The position numbers were made by a program, and so were the translations under genes. A DNA stretch of 64,000 nt, taken from Octopus sinensis (lineage: Eukaryota). The DNA lies in the NCBI RefSeq assembly GCF_006345805.1, contig NC_043006.1, positions 100,998,001 to 101,062,000 of the forward strand, given 5' to 3'. This document shows, one piece after another, positions 51,893 through 64,000 of this stretch. Positions within the stretch are counted from its first letter, which is position 1. Each line of letters begins with the position of its first letter. The notes below the pieces were generated by a model, which ran no database searches, was not told where the DNA came from, and worked only from the letters and a program-made list of their open reading frames with translations.

Positions 51893-52882
51893 CTATAAAT
51901 TTAACCTTTAAAGGTATTTTTTAATATGCTGGCCATTGACAAAATTTTTTTTTCGAAAAAATTTTATCCTACATTAGATATATATATATATTTCATTAGT
52001 TCAGTACCATAGGCTTCGTGTGAATAATTTTACAATTATTCAATCAGAATAATAATAGAAGACAACACTTCCATTTAAATGAACAAGAATGTGGCATGAG
52101 ATTCCATGAGATTCCATGAGATTCCATGAGACTACAAATATGCAAAATGTCAGCAATGATGACATTTTGCATATCTACAAAATGTCATGTCATCAATGAA
52201 ATTTTCTCTCCTTTTACAAAAGAATTAAGTCTATATAAATGTAAGTAAAATTTCAGGGAGTGTGTAGTACTGGTTATTTCTCTAGTGCTTTTAATTGGCC
52301 TCAAAAATTGATTAAGAAACATCTTTGTATCATCAGAATGTATACAGAACTGGAGTATATTAACCTATATCAGTGGTGTTGTATGTATATTGTGGATATT
52401 ATATTGTAGTGGTTGAAGCTGGGGTGCATTTCTGGTGTATATACGCACGTCTGCCTGTATGGTGTATATGAATAAAAATGAGTAAATAGAATTTATGTGT
52501 ATTTAATGTATAGAAATTTTCAGTGAGTGGTTATTATCTCTTGTATTGGATGTCTACTCCCCTTGATAGTATAGCATGATGGAATTATTGAAACCTAGAA
52601 ATGAGGTTAGACATATTAATGTTTAGGAGCAAGCATGGCGGTGTGGTTAAGAAGCTTGCTTTGCAACCACGTGGCTTCAGGTTCAATCTCAATGTGTGGC
52701 ACCTTGAGCAAGCAGTTTCTACTGTAACAGACCTTCGTCGGTCAATGATTTTTGGAAGAATTTGGTAGATGGAAACTGTGAAAGCCAGTTGTGTGTGTGT
52801 GTGTGTGTCTTTGTATTTGTCCCCACTAGTTTAACAAATACTGTTAGATTTTTTACATTCATATAACTTAGCCATTTACTGT

Positions 52883-53274
52883 TTTACTCTTTTACTTTTT
52901 TCAGTCATTTGACTGTGGCTATGCTGGAGCACCACATTTAGTCGAGCAAATCAACCCCAGGACTTATTCTTTGTAAGCCTGGTACTTATTCTATCGGTCT
53001 CTTTTGCCAAACCACTAAGTTACGGGGATGTAAACACACCAACATCGGTTGTCAAGCGATGTTGGGGGGGCAAACACAGACACACAAACATATACTCACA
53101 CACATATATACATATATATGACGGGGTTCTTTCAGTTTCCGTCTACTAAATCCACTCACAAGGCTTTGGTCGGCCCAAGGCTATAGTAGAAAACACTTGC
53201 TCAAGGTGCCATGCAGTGGGACTGAACCCTGAACCATGTGATTGGGGAGCAAACTTCTTACCACACAGCCACTC
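52883..53274 (-). mobile_element. SINE family A, full length; an older plus-strand A copy lies at 52630-52870
   Basis: Matches the other A copies. Confidence 0.88.
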
Positions 53275-53851
53275 GTATGCCTATATACTTGGCGAAAGTG
53301 ACCAATAAAATAAGTACCAGACTTTAATAAAAAAAAATACTGGTACCAATTTATCCAACTAAACTTTTCAAGGTAGAGCCCCAGCATGGCTGCAGTCCAA
53401 TGACTGAAATAAGTAATTGGAAAAGAGACATATGGAACGAATGGAGTGGGTAGGTGATATACTGTCTAATAGATTTGTATGTGGACATGCATGCATGCAT
53501 TTTATATATGTGTGCTTCATGTATTTGCATATATATTGCTGCTTGCATCATGTGTCTGCAGTATACCATTCTCAAAGCTAGTCAGTCACTCCTGCTTCTC
53601 AATCAATCATTGTATGTTCACTGTGACTGAATATTGCCTGCATAGTGTAATCGCTGAGCAATTGCAATGTTTAAATGGCAGATTTGCCAGCCATTATTCA
53701 AATTCCAATCAAATAACTGAAAATATTTTCACGCAAAACTTACGGTATTGAATTACTGATATCTATTAAAAGAAATTATTTATCTGACCATCCAGTACAG
53801 AGAATTAATTCTTCCAGTTCAACACAAACATGTGTGTGTATGTGGTGTGTA

Positions 53852-53907
<56 letters not shown>

Positions 53908-53924
53908 TCTATTGTTGACATCAG

Positions 53925-54085
53925 AATTTGTGTAACTTGTGGAAAGGTGTGCCGTTCAATTGTAGGATTAAGAAAACATGTCAAAAGACTTTGTACTGTG
54001 GCACCGATTCTTTCTGCCTGCCAGCACAACTGTGCATTATGCAATAAAATGTGAAATCTTTGGTTGGATCAAGAGTTATATAAGA
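53925..54085 (+). pseudogene. Two tandem degenerate C2H2-like zinc-finger motifs (RTE C terminus or zinc-finger pseudogene)
   Basis: CVTCGKVCRSIVGLRKH, then CALCNKM(C)KSLVG.KS(Y)IR after a 1-bp deletion. Confidence 0.45.
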
Positions 54086-54239
54086 GAGCCACACATTGCA
54101 TCATCATCAATGACTCGTTTCAATGATTCTTTCTAGCAATGGCTTCGCTCATATATGACAAAGGAGCCACTAAATGTCCAGGGAGCAGTGAATATATTGT
54201 CGTCTAAATTACACAAAAATGAAAATAACACTGACGCCT

Positions 54240-54520
54240 CATTTTAACAAATATACTAATCAAAATTACATAAAAATAGCTTGATATACTAAAGAGTAAA
54301 TTTATTCAATAAAATCCCCTTTGGTTTCAACCATGGCCTCCAGATGACTTCGGAATTTCCTACAACTCTTCTGGATGGTCTCCTTGTTTAAGTTGGTGAA
54401 TTTTACCATAATCCTTGCCTTCAGTTCATCTTTGGTGCTACAAGGAATTTTGTTGGTCTCTCACTCAACCACGCCCCACACATAATAATCAAAAGGGTTG
54501 CAGTCTAAGGAGTTTGGTGG
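54240..54520 (-). mobile_element. 3' end of the DD37D/maT-like element
   Basis: Reverse complement of 63520-63735 (WPPNSLDCNPFDYYVWG...). Confidence 0.8.
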
Positions 54521-54650
54521 CCAGACACTTAACCAGGACTGGGTAGCCAGAGACAATATGATAAATTGTTTCTTCTCTATCACCACATATTCTGCTATTC
54601 TGTTTTCTGACTATTTGTACCAGTTTTCCTTCTTTCTGAATTAGGCATTT
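54520..54650 (-). mobile_element. R4-type LINE CCHC fragment
   Basis: SRICGDREETIYHIVSGYPVL resembles the CRxCxxxxETIxHIVSGC motif. Confidence 0.5.
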
Positions 54651-54670
54651 CTGTAATCCTATGGTGGTTA

Positions 54671-55182
54671 CCATAAATCCTCGAGTATAATCCGCATTTT
54701 TTCCCCAAAATTTAAAGGTCAAAGTCCTTAGTGCATGCTATATACGAGGTTAAAAATGAAAAATATCTTCTAAGCAATGTCCTAGTCTCTATTTGCTGCC
54801 TAGCTATGTTTATTCAGACAAATTTTGTGATGTCTGGTGCGAAAATACCTTAAGCTGAGCCTGAAAACAATGAACTCATAAAATAATCATCCATAACTTG
54901 CAGTAAGCAACATTCATTAAACGTTATTACTGTTATTTCTTAATTTTCTGCAAACAAAATACACAAAAAAGTTACACGTTTGCATTATGTTATATATACA
55001 ATAATAATAAAGGATGTTACCGTATACATTTTTACAAACCAAGGATCTTATATAGACCTCCTTGACTCAGGTTAGAGAAGAGGTGCGTATCATACACAAG
55101 GTTTAGGTTTTTCAGAGATACAGCTCCCTAAAAATCCCCTACGTATTATACTCAAGGGTGGACTATACTCAAGGATTTACAG
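54671..55182. mobile_element. Tc2/pogo-type MITE, 512 bp
   Basis: TA-CCATAAATCCTCGAGTATAATCC ... GGACTATACTCAAGGATTTACAG-TA: imperfect TIRs, TA at 54669-54670 and 55183-55184. Confidence 0.8.
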
Positions 55183-55289
55183 TATCTTTTATAATAGTTT
55201 TCTAGCTGTATAAGCCTCTACCACCTTCAGAACCTTGTGTATATAACTTTTCTATGTCATATTTTGAGTGGTGCATCCTAAATTTATTA

Positions 55290-55759
55290 TTATTGCAGAA
55301 TCGTTAGCATGCTGGGTGAAATACTTAGCAATATTTCGTCTGCCACTACATTCTAAGTTCAAATTCTGCTAAGGTCGACTTTGCCTTTCATTTTTTCAGA
55401 GTCAATAAAACTAGGAGTCAATGTAATTGACTCATCCCCACCCCCAAAATGGCTGCCCTTGTGGCATACTTTGAAACCATTATTATTATTATTATTATGA
55501 TCATCATCATCATCATCATCATTATTATTATTCTATGTTTGACTTTTGCTTTGCATTTGTACAAGTTGGGTCCAAGTCTCACCCAGAGACCTGAAGAGAC
55601 AACAAGTTGGAAGTTCATGTTGGTGTTATGCCTAGTGTGCCATATATTTGGTTTTGTACTTTGTGTTGTACTAGTGAATGTTTAAGAAACCATAAGAAAA
55701 TTATGTTTGTTTTAAGACTTGAGATTACATAGAAAGTATTTTGCGTAGGATAGGATAGG

Positions 55760-55817
<58 letters not shown>

Positions 55818-56500
55818 TAAGGCAGAATTGTTACTATTCTGGATAGAATGATTAGCAGTATTTTTCCTATCTTCACAGTCTGAGTTCATATGCCACCAAG
55901 GTTGACTTTGCCTTTCATCCTTCCAGGGTCAATGATAGAAGTATCAGTGAATGTAATCAGCTACACTCCACCCACAAAACTTCATGCCTTATGCCTACAG
56001 TATCATTATTATCATCATTATTAATATTATTATTATTTATATTGCACTTATATTATTATTATTATTAAATTGGCAAGCTGGCATAGCTGTTAGTATGTCA
56101 TACAAAATGCCTAGCAGCATTTCATGTCTTTACATCCTGGGCTCAAATTCCATGAAGGTCAACTTTGCCTTTCACCCTTTCAGGATCAGAAAAAAAGTAC
56201 CAGTCAAGTACTGGAGTTGATGTAATCAACTAACCCCCGTCCCCCCACAAAAAAATGACTGGCCCTTTGCCAAAATTTTAAAAACCATGAAGCAGGTAAG
56301 CTGGCAGAATCATTAGAGTGCCAGACAAAATACTTAGCAGCATTTCGTCCATCTTTATGTTCTGAGTTCAAATTCCACCAAGGTCAACTCTGACTTTCAT
56401 CTTTTTGAGGTTGATAAAATAAGGTCTATTTGAGCACTGGGATCGATGTCATTGACTATCACCTCTTGCAAATTTCAGGCCTTGTGCCTAAAATAGAAAG
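55290..56500 (+). mobile_element. Cluster of four old co-oriented SINE B-type copies
   Basis: Cores near 55360, 55890, 56150 and 56370. Confidence 0.7.
55533..55757 (-). mobile_element. 5'-truncated 3' end of the same R4/Dong family as 22025-24090
   Basis: Near-identical reverse complement of 23860-24049; (ATT)n on both flanks. Confidence 0.92.
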
Positions 56501-56531
56501 GATTATTATTATTATTATTATTATTATTATT

Positions 56532-57077
56532 GAGTGAGAGAGCAGTTCATGCCATCAAAGTGACACTGGGGTAAAATATACGAAGCCCAATATACCCATC
56601 ATGACTACCCGTCTGATAAAGGTACACCAGGCACATGCATCACAACCATATGTGCGCGACATGGTGATCTCATATCAAGATAAACAGCACATGACCTTGC
56701 AGGTGGGGCCCAGTTAGAATTTTCTTCAGGTTGAGTAGCTCAAAAGGTCTCTGAATAAGGGTTGTTTAAGGATGTTGAAAGAACCACCCATGTTTCCAGA
56801 GGTGAATTATTCAAACCCCAAAGAATCCCCCCCAACACATGGCCATGATGCTCCCCCACTACTTCTGCTCGTGATCAGAGATGCACATATCGTCAGCCAC
56901 TAAGGGACATGGTCAACTGGTTAAAGTCAAACAACTGACAAGCAAATCTGTGGTATTGAGCAGAATATTTGCTGTAGCCCATCTTTTATACCAAGACAAA
57001 ACAATGTACATGATAACACTTCCAATCAGTTAGGATCAGAAGCCATGAGAGCCACTGCCTGGTACTGCATCAGGGCA
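56532..57077 (-). mobile_element. ~545-bp non-coding interspersed repeat embedded in (TAA)n
   Basis: (ATT)n on both sides; homologous partial copies at about 1900-2105 and 19545-19585. Confidence 0.7.
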
Positions 57078-57112
<35 letters not shown>

Positions 57113-57113
<1 letters not shown>

Positions 57114-57515
57114 TCTTTTTATCTCAGGTTTTGTGGGAATTCCTGGAGTCCTGCAGGAATAGGGAGCTTGCCGCCTGCAGCCTATGGTACCATGTTACCT
57201 GTTCTTTTCAACTATCTAATACTCTCCTGACTATTCTGGCCATGCCAAGGAAACAACCTCTTTGTAGCAGTTCTACTGGGCACTCTATTCCAATTTCCTT
57301 TATATTCCTTTTGATGCCTTCTAATTCTGTCCCCAAGGACCCAAAAATAATTGGCACTATCTTCACTGTCTTCATTGTATTTTGTACTCAAGATGGTTGT
57401 ATTTATCTCTTTTTTCAACTTCCTTCTTGTCTATTCATGAATCAAAGGGGCAGACAATATCAACTATATATCACATGCGGTGCATCTTGTCAACTATTAT
57501 TGTTATCATCATCAT
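57113..57515 (-). mobile_element. 3' end of a second R4/Dong-type family
   Basis: Minus strand MKTVKIVPIIFGSLGT...IGIECPVELLQRGCFLGMARIVRRVLDS* (RLE C terminus), ending in (TAA)n. Confidence 0.75.
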
Positions 57516-57614
57516 CATTACCATCATCATTATTATTATTGTTGCTCTTGCTGCTATGTAGATGAATATATGTATATTAAACACCCATGCAAGATAAATT
57601 CTTGATTTATTAAA

Positions 57615-57644
57615 ATTATTATTATTATTATTATTATTATTATG

Positions 57645-57679
<35 letters not shown>

Positions 57680-57761
57680 GATTATTATTATTATTATGAT
57701 TATTATTATTATTATTATTATTATGATTATGATTATTATTATTATTATTATTATTATTATG

Positions 57762-57801
<40 letters not shown>

Positions 57802-57820
57802 TATTATTATTATTATTATA
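57615..57820. repeat. (ATT)n/(ATG) trinucleotide array
   Basis: Direct reading. Confidence 0.95.
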
Positions 57821-57821
57821 C

Positions 57822-57985
57822 ACTCACGGAGTGGTTGTCGTTAGGAAGGGCATCCAGCTGTAGAAACACTGCCAAATCTGACTGGGCCTGGTGCAGCCTT
57901 CGGGCTTCCCAGACCCCCAGTTGAACCGTCCAACCCATGCTAGTGCAGAAAACGGATGTTAGATGATGATGATGATGATGATAAT
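57822..57985 (+). mobile_element. RTE 3' tail fragment
   Basis: CACTCACGGAGTGGTTGTCGTTAGGAAGGGCATCC...GATGATGATG. Confidence 0.85.
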
Positions 57986-58489
57986 GATCTTCACTTCAAG
58001 GAATGTAAAAGAAATGCCTGATGGCAGTTATGACGCATCCGACTGATGACATTTTAATCACATACCGTTTTCTACTAGTTTTTATAGGACTATAAGTGAC
58101 TGGTATTCTTCCAGAATAATAGAACAATATAAAATGAACCTCAAAAGAACCTTCCTCTTAATAATTTTTGAATCATCTTGGCAGCACTGTAGCAAGTCTT
58201 CACATCGCTATAATTCCAAGTATAGCATAAAGAAAGCAAGACAACATAGCTTTACCAGCTTTCATACATCTGATCTTAGCTATTAAACACATCTGAAGAT
58301 GAACAAGTCGTTATAATAATAATAATAATAATAAGTTTCCGCATCTCACATCCACCTATTCACCATATCACTTACATTAAATTCTTTTCTCATTACTTCA
58401 GCAACATTATCCATTCACATCACATGTAAAACTCAAAAATGAACTTTAAATCAAGAACACACACACATGCACACACGCACACACACACA

Positions 58490-58520
<31 letters not shown>

Positions 58521-58521
58521 T

Positions 58522-58562
<41 letters not shown>

Positions 58563-58912
58563 CACACACATGCACACACCACACACACACACACACACAC
58601 GCACGTGCACGTGCACACACACACACACATATATAAAGTTTTTCATTCAACTTATGAATTATGTATTGATTTTTTCATATAAAGCATACGTATGACTTTA
58701 TTCCAAAGAACATGTTTTTATGCAAACCTTGTTTTTATTAATGTTGTAATTTGAAACTTGCTATTTTTCTCTGTATGCATTGCTGTCGCATTCAGACATG
58801 TATTTCGCAAATTTTGGAAGAACCCATACTGTTTAACTACTTTGAATGAATGTATCACTAGGGCCAGCAGAGATCTACCTGCTGGTTTCGCACAAGAAAT
58901 CAGGAAAAGCTG

Positions 58913-58980
<68 letters not shown>

Positions 58981-59025
58981 TGTGTGTGTGTGTGTGTTTG
59001 TATGTGTTTGTGTGTGTGTGTGTGT

Positions 59026-59061
<36 letters not shown>

Positions 59062-59299
59062 TTGTGTGTGTGTGCGTGTATGTGTGTGTGTGTTTGTGTG
59101 TGTATGTGTGTGTGTCTGTGTGTGTGTGTATGTGTGTGTGTGTGTGTAGGATATATGTACATAATGAGAAAGAGACAGAGAGTGAGAGAAAGTTATAGTA
59201 ATATAAATGTACATGTTTATACATGCAAACATATATATGAATACATGCACATACACATATACACAAATGCACACACTCACATACACGGATATATACCAT

Positions 59300-60900
59300 C
59301 ATCATCATCATCATCATCATCATTTAATGTCTGCTTTCCATGCAAGCATGGGTTGGATGCTTTGACTGAGCATTGGCAAGCAAGGAGGTTGCACCAGGCT
59401 CCAATATAATTTGGCAAGGTATCTATAGCTGGATGCCCTACCTAATGCCAACCACTCCAAGAGTGCAATGGGTGGTTTTTACATGCCACCTACACAGGAG
59501 CCAGTCAGCCAGCACTGGCATATGGTGCATTTTATGCATCACCAGCACAGGTGCCAGTTAGGTGACACCAGCATCAGTCACAACCAAATGGTAATTTTTA
59601 CGTGCCTCTCGCATGGGTACCAGTCACGCAGCACCAACACTGGGCACAACTACAATTTCACTTCATTCAACAGTTCTTCTTGGCACATTTATTTCTTTAT
59701 TGCCCACAGGGGTTAAGCATAGAGGGGACAAACAAGGACACACAAAGGGATGAAGTTGACTACATTGACCTCAGTGCATAACTGGTACTTATTTGATTGA
59801 TCCCAAAAGGATGAAAGGCAAAGTCAACCTTGGCAGAATTCGAACTCAGAACATAATGGCAGACAATATACTGCTAAGCATTTCGCCCAGTGTGCTAATG
59901 ATTCTACCAGCTTGCCGCATATTGCCCAATGATTGAAGGGTACTTTTAAATGAGCCAGTTATGTGACACTGACATCAGCCATGGCTATGTTCTCACTTGT
60001 CTTGCTGGGTCTTCTCAAGCACAGCATATCTCCAAGGGTCTTGGTCACTTGTTATTGCCTCTGTGAGACCCAATGTTTCAAGGCTGTGCTTCACCATCTC
60101 ATTCCAGATCTTCCTGGGTCTACCTCTTGCACAGGTTCCCTCCTCTGTTAAGGTGTGACACTTTTTCACACAACTGTCTTCATCCATGCACAACACATGA
60201 CTGTACCAGTGCAGTCATCTCTCTTGCACGCCACATCTGATGCTTCTTATGTCCAACTTTACTCTCAGGTTGCTTGGATTCTGTTGTGTAGACACAGTGA
60301 CATTACACATCCAGTGGAGCATACTAGCTTCGTTTCTTTCAAGCTGTGTAGCATGGCTGTTCCCACACAGGCATCATACAGTCTACCTTTCACTCTGAGC
60401 AAGAGACCCTTTGTTACCAGCAGAGGCAGGAGCTCTTTGAACTTTGCTCAGGCTATCCTTATTCTAGCAGCTACACTCTCAGAGCATCCACCCCAACTAC
60501 TGACTTGGTCACCTCGGAAAGGGAATCTATTAAATACTTATAGCCTTCCCCCTTGGTATATGATGCAATTTGCATTCTGTATATCTTTGGTGTATATTGC
60601 ACCTGTGCATCTGCCACACACAAAAATTACCTTCCCAGTTAACCTTCCTTTGATATTGCTGCACCTCTCATGTGTCCGTAGCTTACAGCAGGTACATATT
60701 ATGGGGTTTCTACATACACCTTTTCTACAGATTGAGCAGGGCTATCTACTTGAAGGGGTTTGTGATTTGTCTGCTTTCTTACTTACTAAGACTTTGGTTT
60801 TGCTAGTTTGTCTGGGAGCTTACCACTTGCAAGAGAGCCCTGAAAAAGAAGCTGCAGTGGTTTTGCAAGGGCTCATTTGCATGATTTGAAAAGGACTGCT
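59300..60900 (-). mobile_element. Older RTE LINE 3' part, interrupted by a SINE B (59692-59918, minus strand)
   Basis: RIRIAWAKFKELLPLLVTKGLLLRVKGRLYDACVGTAMLHS and GTCARGRPRKIWNEMVKH; 3' UTR and (CAT)n tail at 59300-59660. Confidence 0.85.
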
Positions 60901-61453
60901 GAGAATCTATCAGGGCCAGCATCTGAGTTTGTGTCAACCTCATCTATGATCAGTGTCACGTTTTCTTCTTTAATATTGATGTAATCAATTATTGCCCCTT
61001 TGGTTTACAGGTAAAGTAGTAAAAAATTCTGCTGGGGTAGTGAACACACTTCAGAACTGCTAATTCAGTATTTCACTTATCCTCATTGGGTTTCCTGTGA
61101 GGTAGCCACCTTTTTGGAAGAGGGGTCATATCTTTTGGCATACTGAGGCTGTTTTTTAAAAAACTTGATTTTTTACTATAACCCAAGCTTCCTTGTTTGC
61201 TCTCACTTTTTCATGAGATTGATGCAGACTTTTCTTAATCTCAAACAGCACTTTTTCCAAGCGAGACTTTTAACAACTTTTGAGGTGCTTATACACACAC
61301 ACACACACACATATGTACATATATATAAGTACATGCACACATATATATGCATATACATACATGCATATAAATGCAAGCACACACACACACCTAAATACAT
61401 ATATATATATATGTGTGTATATATGTGTATATATATGTATGTGTGCCTGCACG

Positions 61454-61543
<90 letters not shown>

Positions 61544-61599
61544 CATGTGTAGCCACCATGATTGACTGCTATTCTCTCTCTGTTTATTTCCACATGTTC

Positions 61600-61635
61600 C
61601 TTTCAGTTGAAGAGTATAGACTCGAAATGTAAAAG
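61600..61635 (+). ncRNA. Hammerhead-shaped motif with a variant core
   Basis: CTTT-CAGTTGA-A-GAGT(ATAG)ACTC-GAAA-TGT-A-AAAG: same geometry as 12068 with different, fully paired stems; core CAGTTGA instead of CTGANGA. Confidence 0.4.
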
Positions 61636-61719
61636 ACTTTCTCACCTTCCCAAGCGTTAAACTAATGCACCTGCTTGTTGTTTATACACCTGTCTTCATC
61701 TTTTGTTTTTCTGTAAATT

Positions 61720-61792
61720 TCAACTATATATATATATATATGTATGTATGTATGTATGTATATATATATAGATATATATATATATATTATAT

Positions 61793-61826
<34 letters not shown>

Positions 61827-61859
61827 ATATATAATAATATATGCATATATATTATATAT

Positions 61860-61900
<41 letters not shown>

Positions 61901-62088
61901 TATATATGCATATATATATATATATATATATTCATATCTATATATATGTATACATGTATATACATATATGCCCACACCCTCAGGGCTAAAACATATAAAA
62001 GAATTAAAAAATATGTATATATATATATATGTATGTAACTGTGTGCATGTGTTGTAATATATATATGTATGTATGTATATATATATAG

Positions 62089-62127
<39 letters not shown>

Positions 62128-62135
62128 ATATATAT

Positions 62136-62169
<34 letters not shown>

Positions 62170-62300
62170 ATTGTGTGCATGTGTCATAATATATATGTGA
62201 ATATATGTATATATATGTATGGATATATATAAATATATATATACATTTATATATATGTACGTATGTATGTATGTGTGTGTGTATATATGTATATACAACC
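61720..62300. repeat. (TA)n-rich microsatellite field
   Basis: Direct reading. Confidence 0.95.
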
Positions 62301-62837
62301 TCATAACCATAAACATTGTAAACAGAGGAGAGACAAAAGAATGAAAACAAAATGTTGGAAAATAGTAAGGAAGAGGTAGGCTGAGCATGAAGAGGGAAAA
62401 CCAAAGGTGTGGTTTGGCATACATTACAGTCTGACCAGCACCACTAATCACCTTGAATTCCAGTGATTATCTGGCTATTTTTAATCTTGTTTGCAAGAAA
62501 GATATTACTTATCTCCTGGGAAATCAAAAGCTAAAAGTTACTAATTATTAATCTTTGAGACATTAGCAAAAAATTTCAATTCACTCAGGATATTAAAGGT
62601 ATGCCTCTTTTAGAATTATTGGCACTGTCTTCTTATCTACTCTCTTGAATAATTGGTAAAACTGTTGCTACTTTACGTTGGTTCCTGTTTTCAAAGTCAA
62701 AATTCTATTGCTTTCGATTGTTTTTATATATACACAAACAGTCATGCACCTCACCCGACATATTCATGTACACACACACACACATTTACAGACATATAGA
62801 CATATACATGTGTGTGTGTGTGTTCATATATATATAT

Positions 62838-62899
<62 letters not shown>

Positions 62900-62998
62900 A
62901 TATATGCTTTCATATCACTTTTCTATGCTAGCATGGCTTATACAAATCTATACACATACACATTTACATACGTGTGTGTGTGTGTGTATGTGTGTATA

Positions 62999-63735
62999 CA
63001 GGGAGCGATGGGTAAGTTGTTGCCATTTTATAGTTTTAATTTCGCGCATGTACATTGTTTATGATTTTGTCCAGTACACAGTATAGTAGGGTTAGTTGGG
63101 CACTGTCTGTGAACAAAAGAGCACCATGACACAATTCACTCTGCCAGAAATTTGGAAACGACATGCAGAATTGCTTGCAATTCACACCAGAAGCTCCAAT
63201 ATGAACATTTCAGTGTGTTTGGGAGTCAATCTGAGGACAGTGCAAACAGAGAACATGTACCAAAAGTCAGCATCATGGTGTTTGGAGTGAGTACTAGTGA
63301 TGGTGATGTTATGCTTCCATTCATCTTCCCACACAGCTTCATACTCAACACAGAGGCCTACATCAAGTGCCTGGAGAAGGTAGTGCTGTCCTGGGTCAAA
63401 AGGGTGACTGCTGGAAGACCCTATGTCTGGCAACAGGACTCTGCACCATATCACACAAGGAGAACCCAGTCATGGCTGTCAGACAATTCCTGCATTCACA
63501 TCACCCCTAACATCTGGCCACCTAAGTTCTCAGACTGCAACCCCCTTGATTATTAGGTGTAGAGCACAGTTGAGTGTGAGACCAACAAAACTCCTTGTAA
63601 CACCAAATATGAACTGAAAGCAAGGATTATGGTAGCATTGACCAACTTAAACAAAGAGACCATCCAGAAGAGTTGCAGGAAATTCTGAAGTCGTCTGGAG
63701 GCTGTGGTAAAAGCCAATGGTGATTTTATTGAATA
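62999..63735 (+). mobile_element. DD37D/maT-like Tc1-mariner, internally deleted
   Basis: TA + CAGGGAGCGATGGGTAAG terminus; IMVFGV...WQQDSAPYHT...WPPKFSDCNPLDY (36 residues between the Asp residues in this copy, consistent with D37D minus one codon). Confidence 0.85.
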
Positions 63736-63759
63736 AATAAAATAAGCAATTTTTGAGGC

Positions 63760-64000
63760 AAATGACAACCTCATTTTGTTAATGAGTGATGAAGCTCATT
63801 TCTGTCTCAGTGGCATGGGAAATTAACAGAACTATCGTTATTGGGCTCTTGAAAATCTGAGAGAACTGCACAAAAGACCACTGCACAGCCCAAATGTGAC
63901 GGTCTGGTGTGCTAATGGAAAAGCTACCATCATTGATCCTTACTGTTTTGAAAACAATAATGGAAATGCTATTACTGAGAACTCCAAGTGTTACATCGAG
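63760..64000 (+). mobile_element. DD41D/rosa-like transposase fragment (runs off the window)
   Basis: MSDEAHFCLSG...QNYRYWALEN...PLHSPNVTVWC. Confidence 0.8.

Noticed and set aside
52095-52134. CATGAGATTC x4
   Set aside because: Short local slippage repeat with no further significance evident.
57020-57077. Possible HDV-like ribozyme at the 5' end of the 545-bp element
   Set aside because: P3 and P1 pairings could not be built.
58862-58905. Hairpin CCAGCAG/CTGCTGG next to CTGA...GAAA on the minus strand
   Set aside because: Lacks G8/A9 and the UH cleavage site; not a hammerhead.

Overview
AT-rich eukaryotic, intron- or intergenic-like DNA made almost entirely of microsatellites and interspersed repeats. 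The repeat families resemble those I recognise from octopus (coleoid cephalopod) genomes; this is an inference, not a database result. No intact host gene can be supported, and most ORF-track entries are translations of (TA)n, (CA)n, (GATA)n, (GAT)n or (ATT)n arrays. Recognisable elements are: a near-complete but decayed mariner with TIRs (8946-10210); DD37D/maT-like and DD41D/rosa-like Tc1-mariner fragments; a Ty3/gypsy gag-protease-RT fragment; an R4/Dong-type RLE LINE plus further 3' fragments in (TAA)n; a fairly young, internally deleted Tx1/L1-clade LINE in (GATA)n; RTE LINE 3' ends; a Penelope GIY-YIG remnant between inverted repeats; a Helitron nested inside a Helitron; piggyBac- and Tc2/pogo-type MITEs; and many tRNA-headed SINE copies. 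The most notable observations are: (1) five Penelope-type minimal hammerhead-ribozyme folds, the one at 12068-12104 nearly intact; (2) a ~43-nt 3' tail shared by the Tx1 LINE and an abundant SINE family, suggesting a LINE-SINE partnership; (3) repeated fold-back inversions that start exactly at microsatellite edges; (4) partitioning of different LINE clades into different microsatellites.
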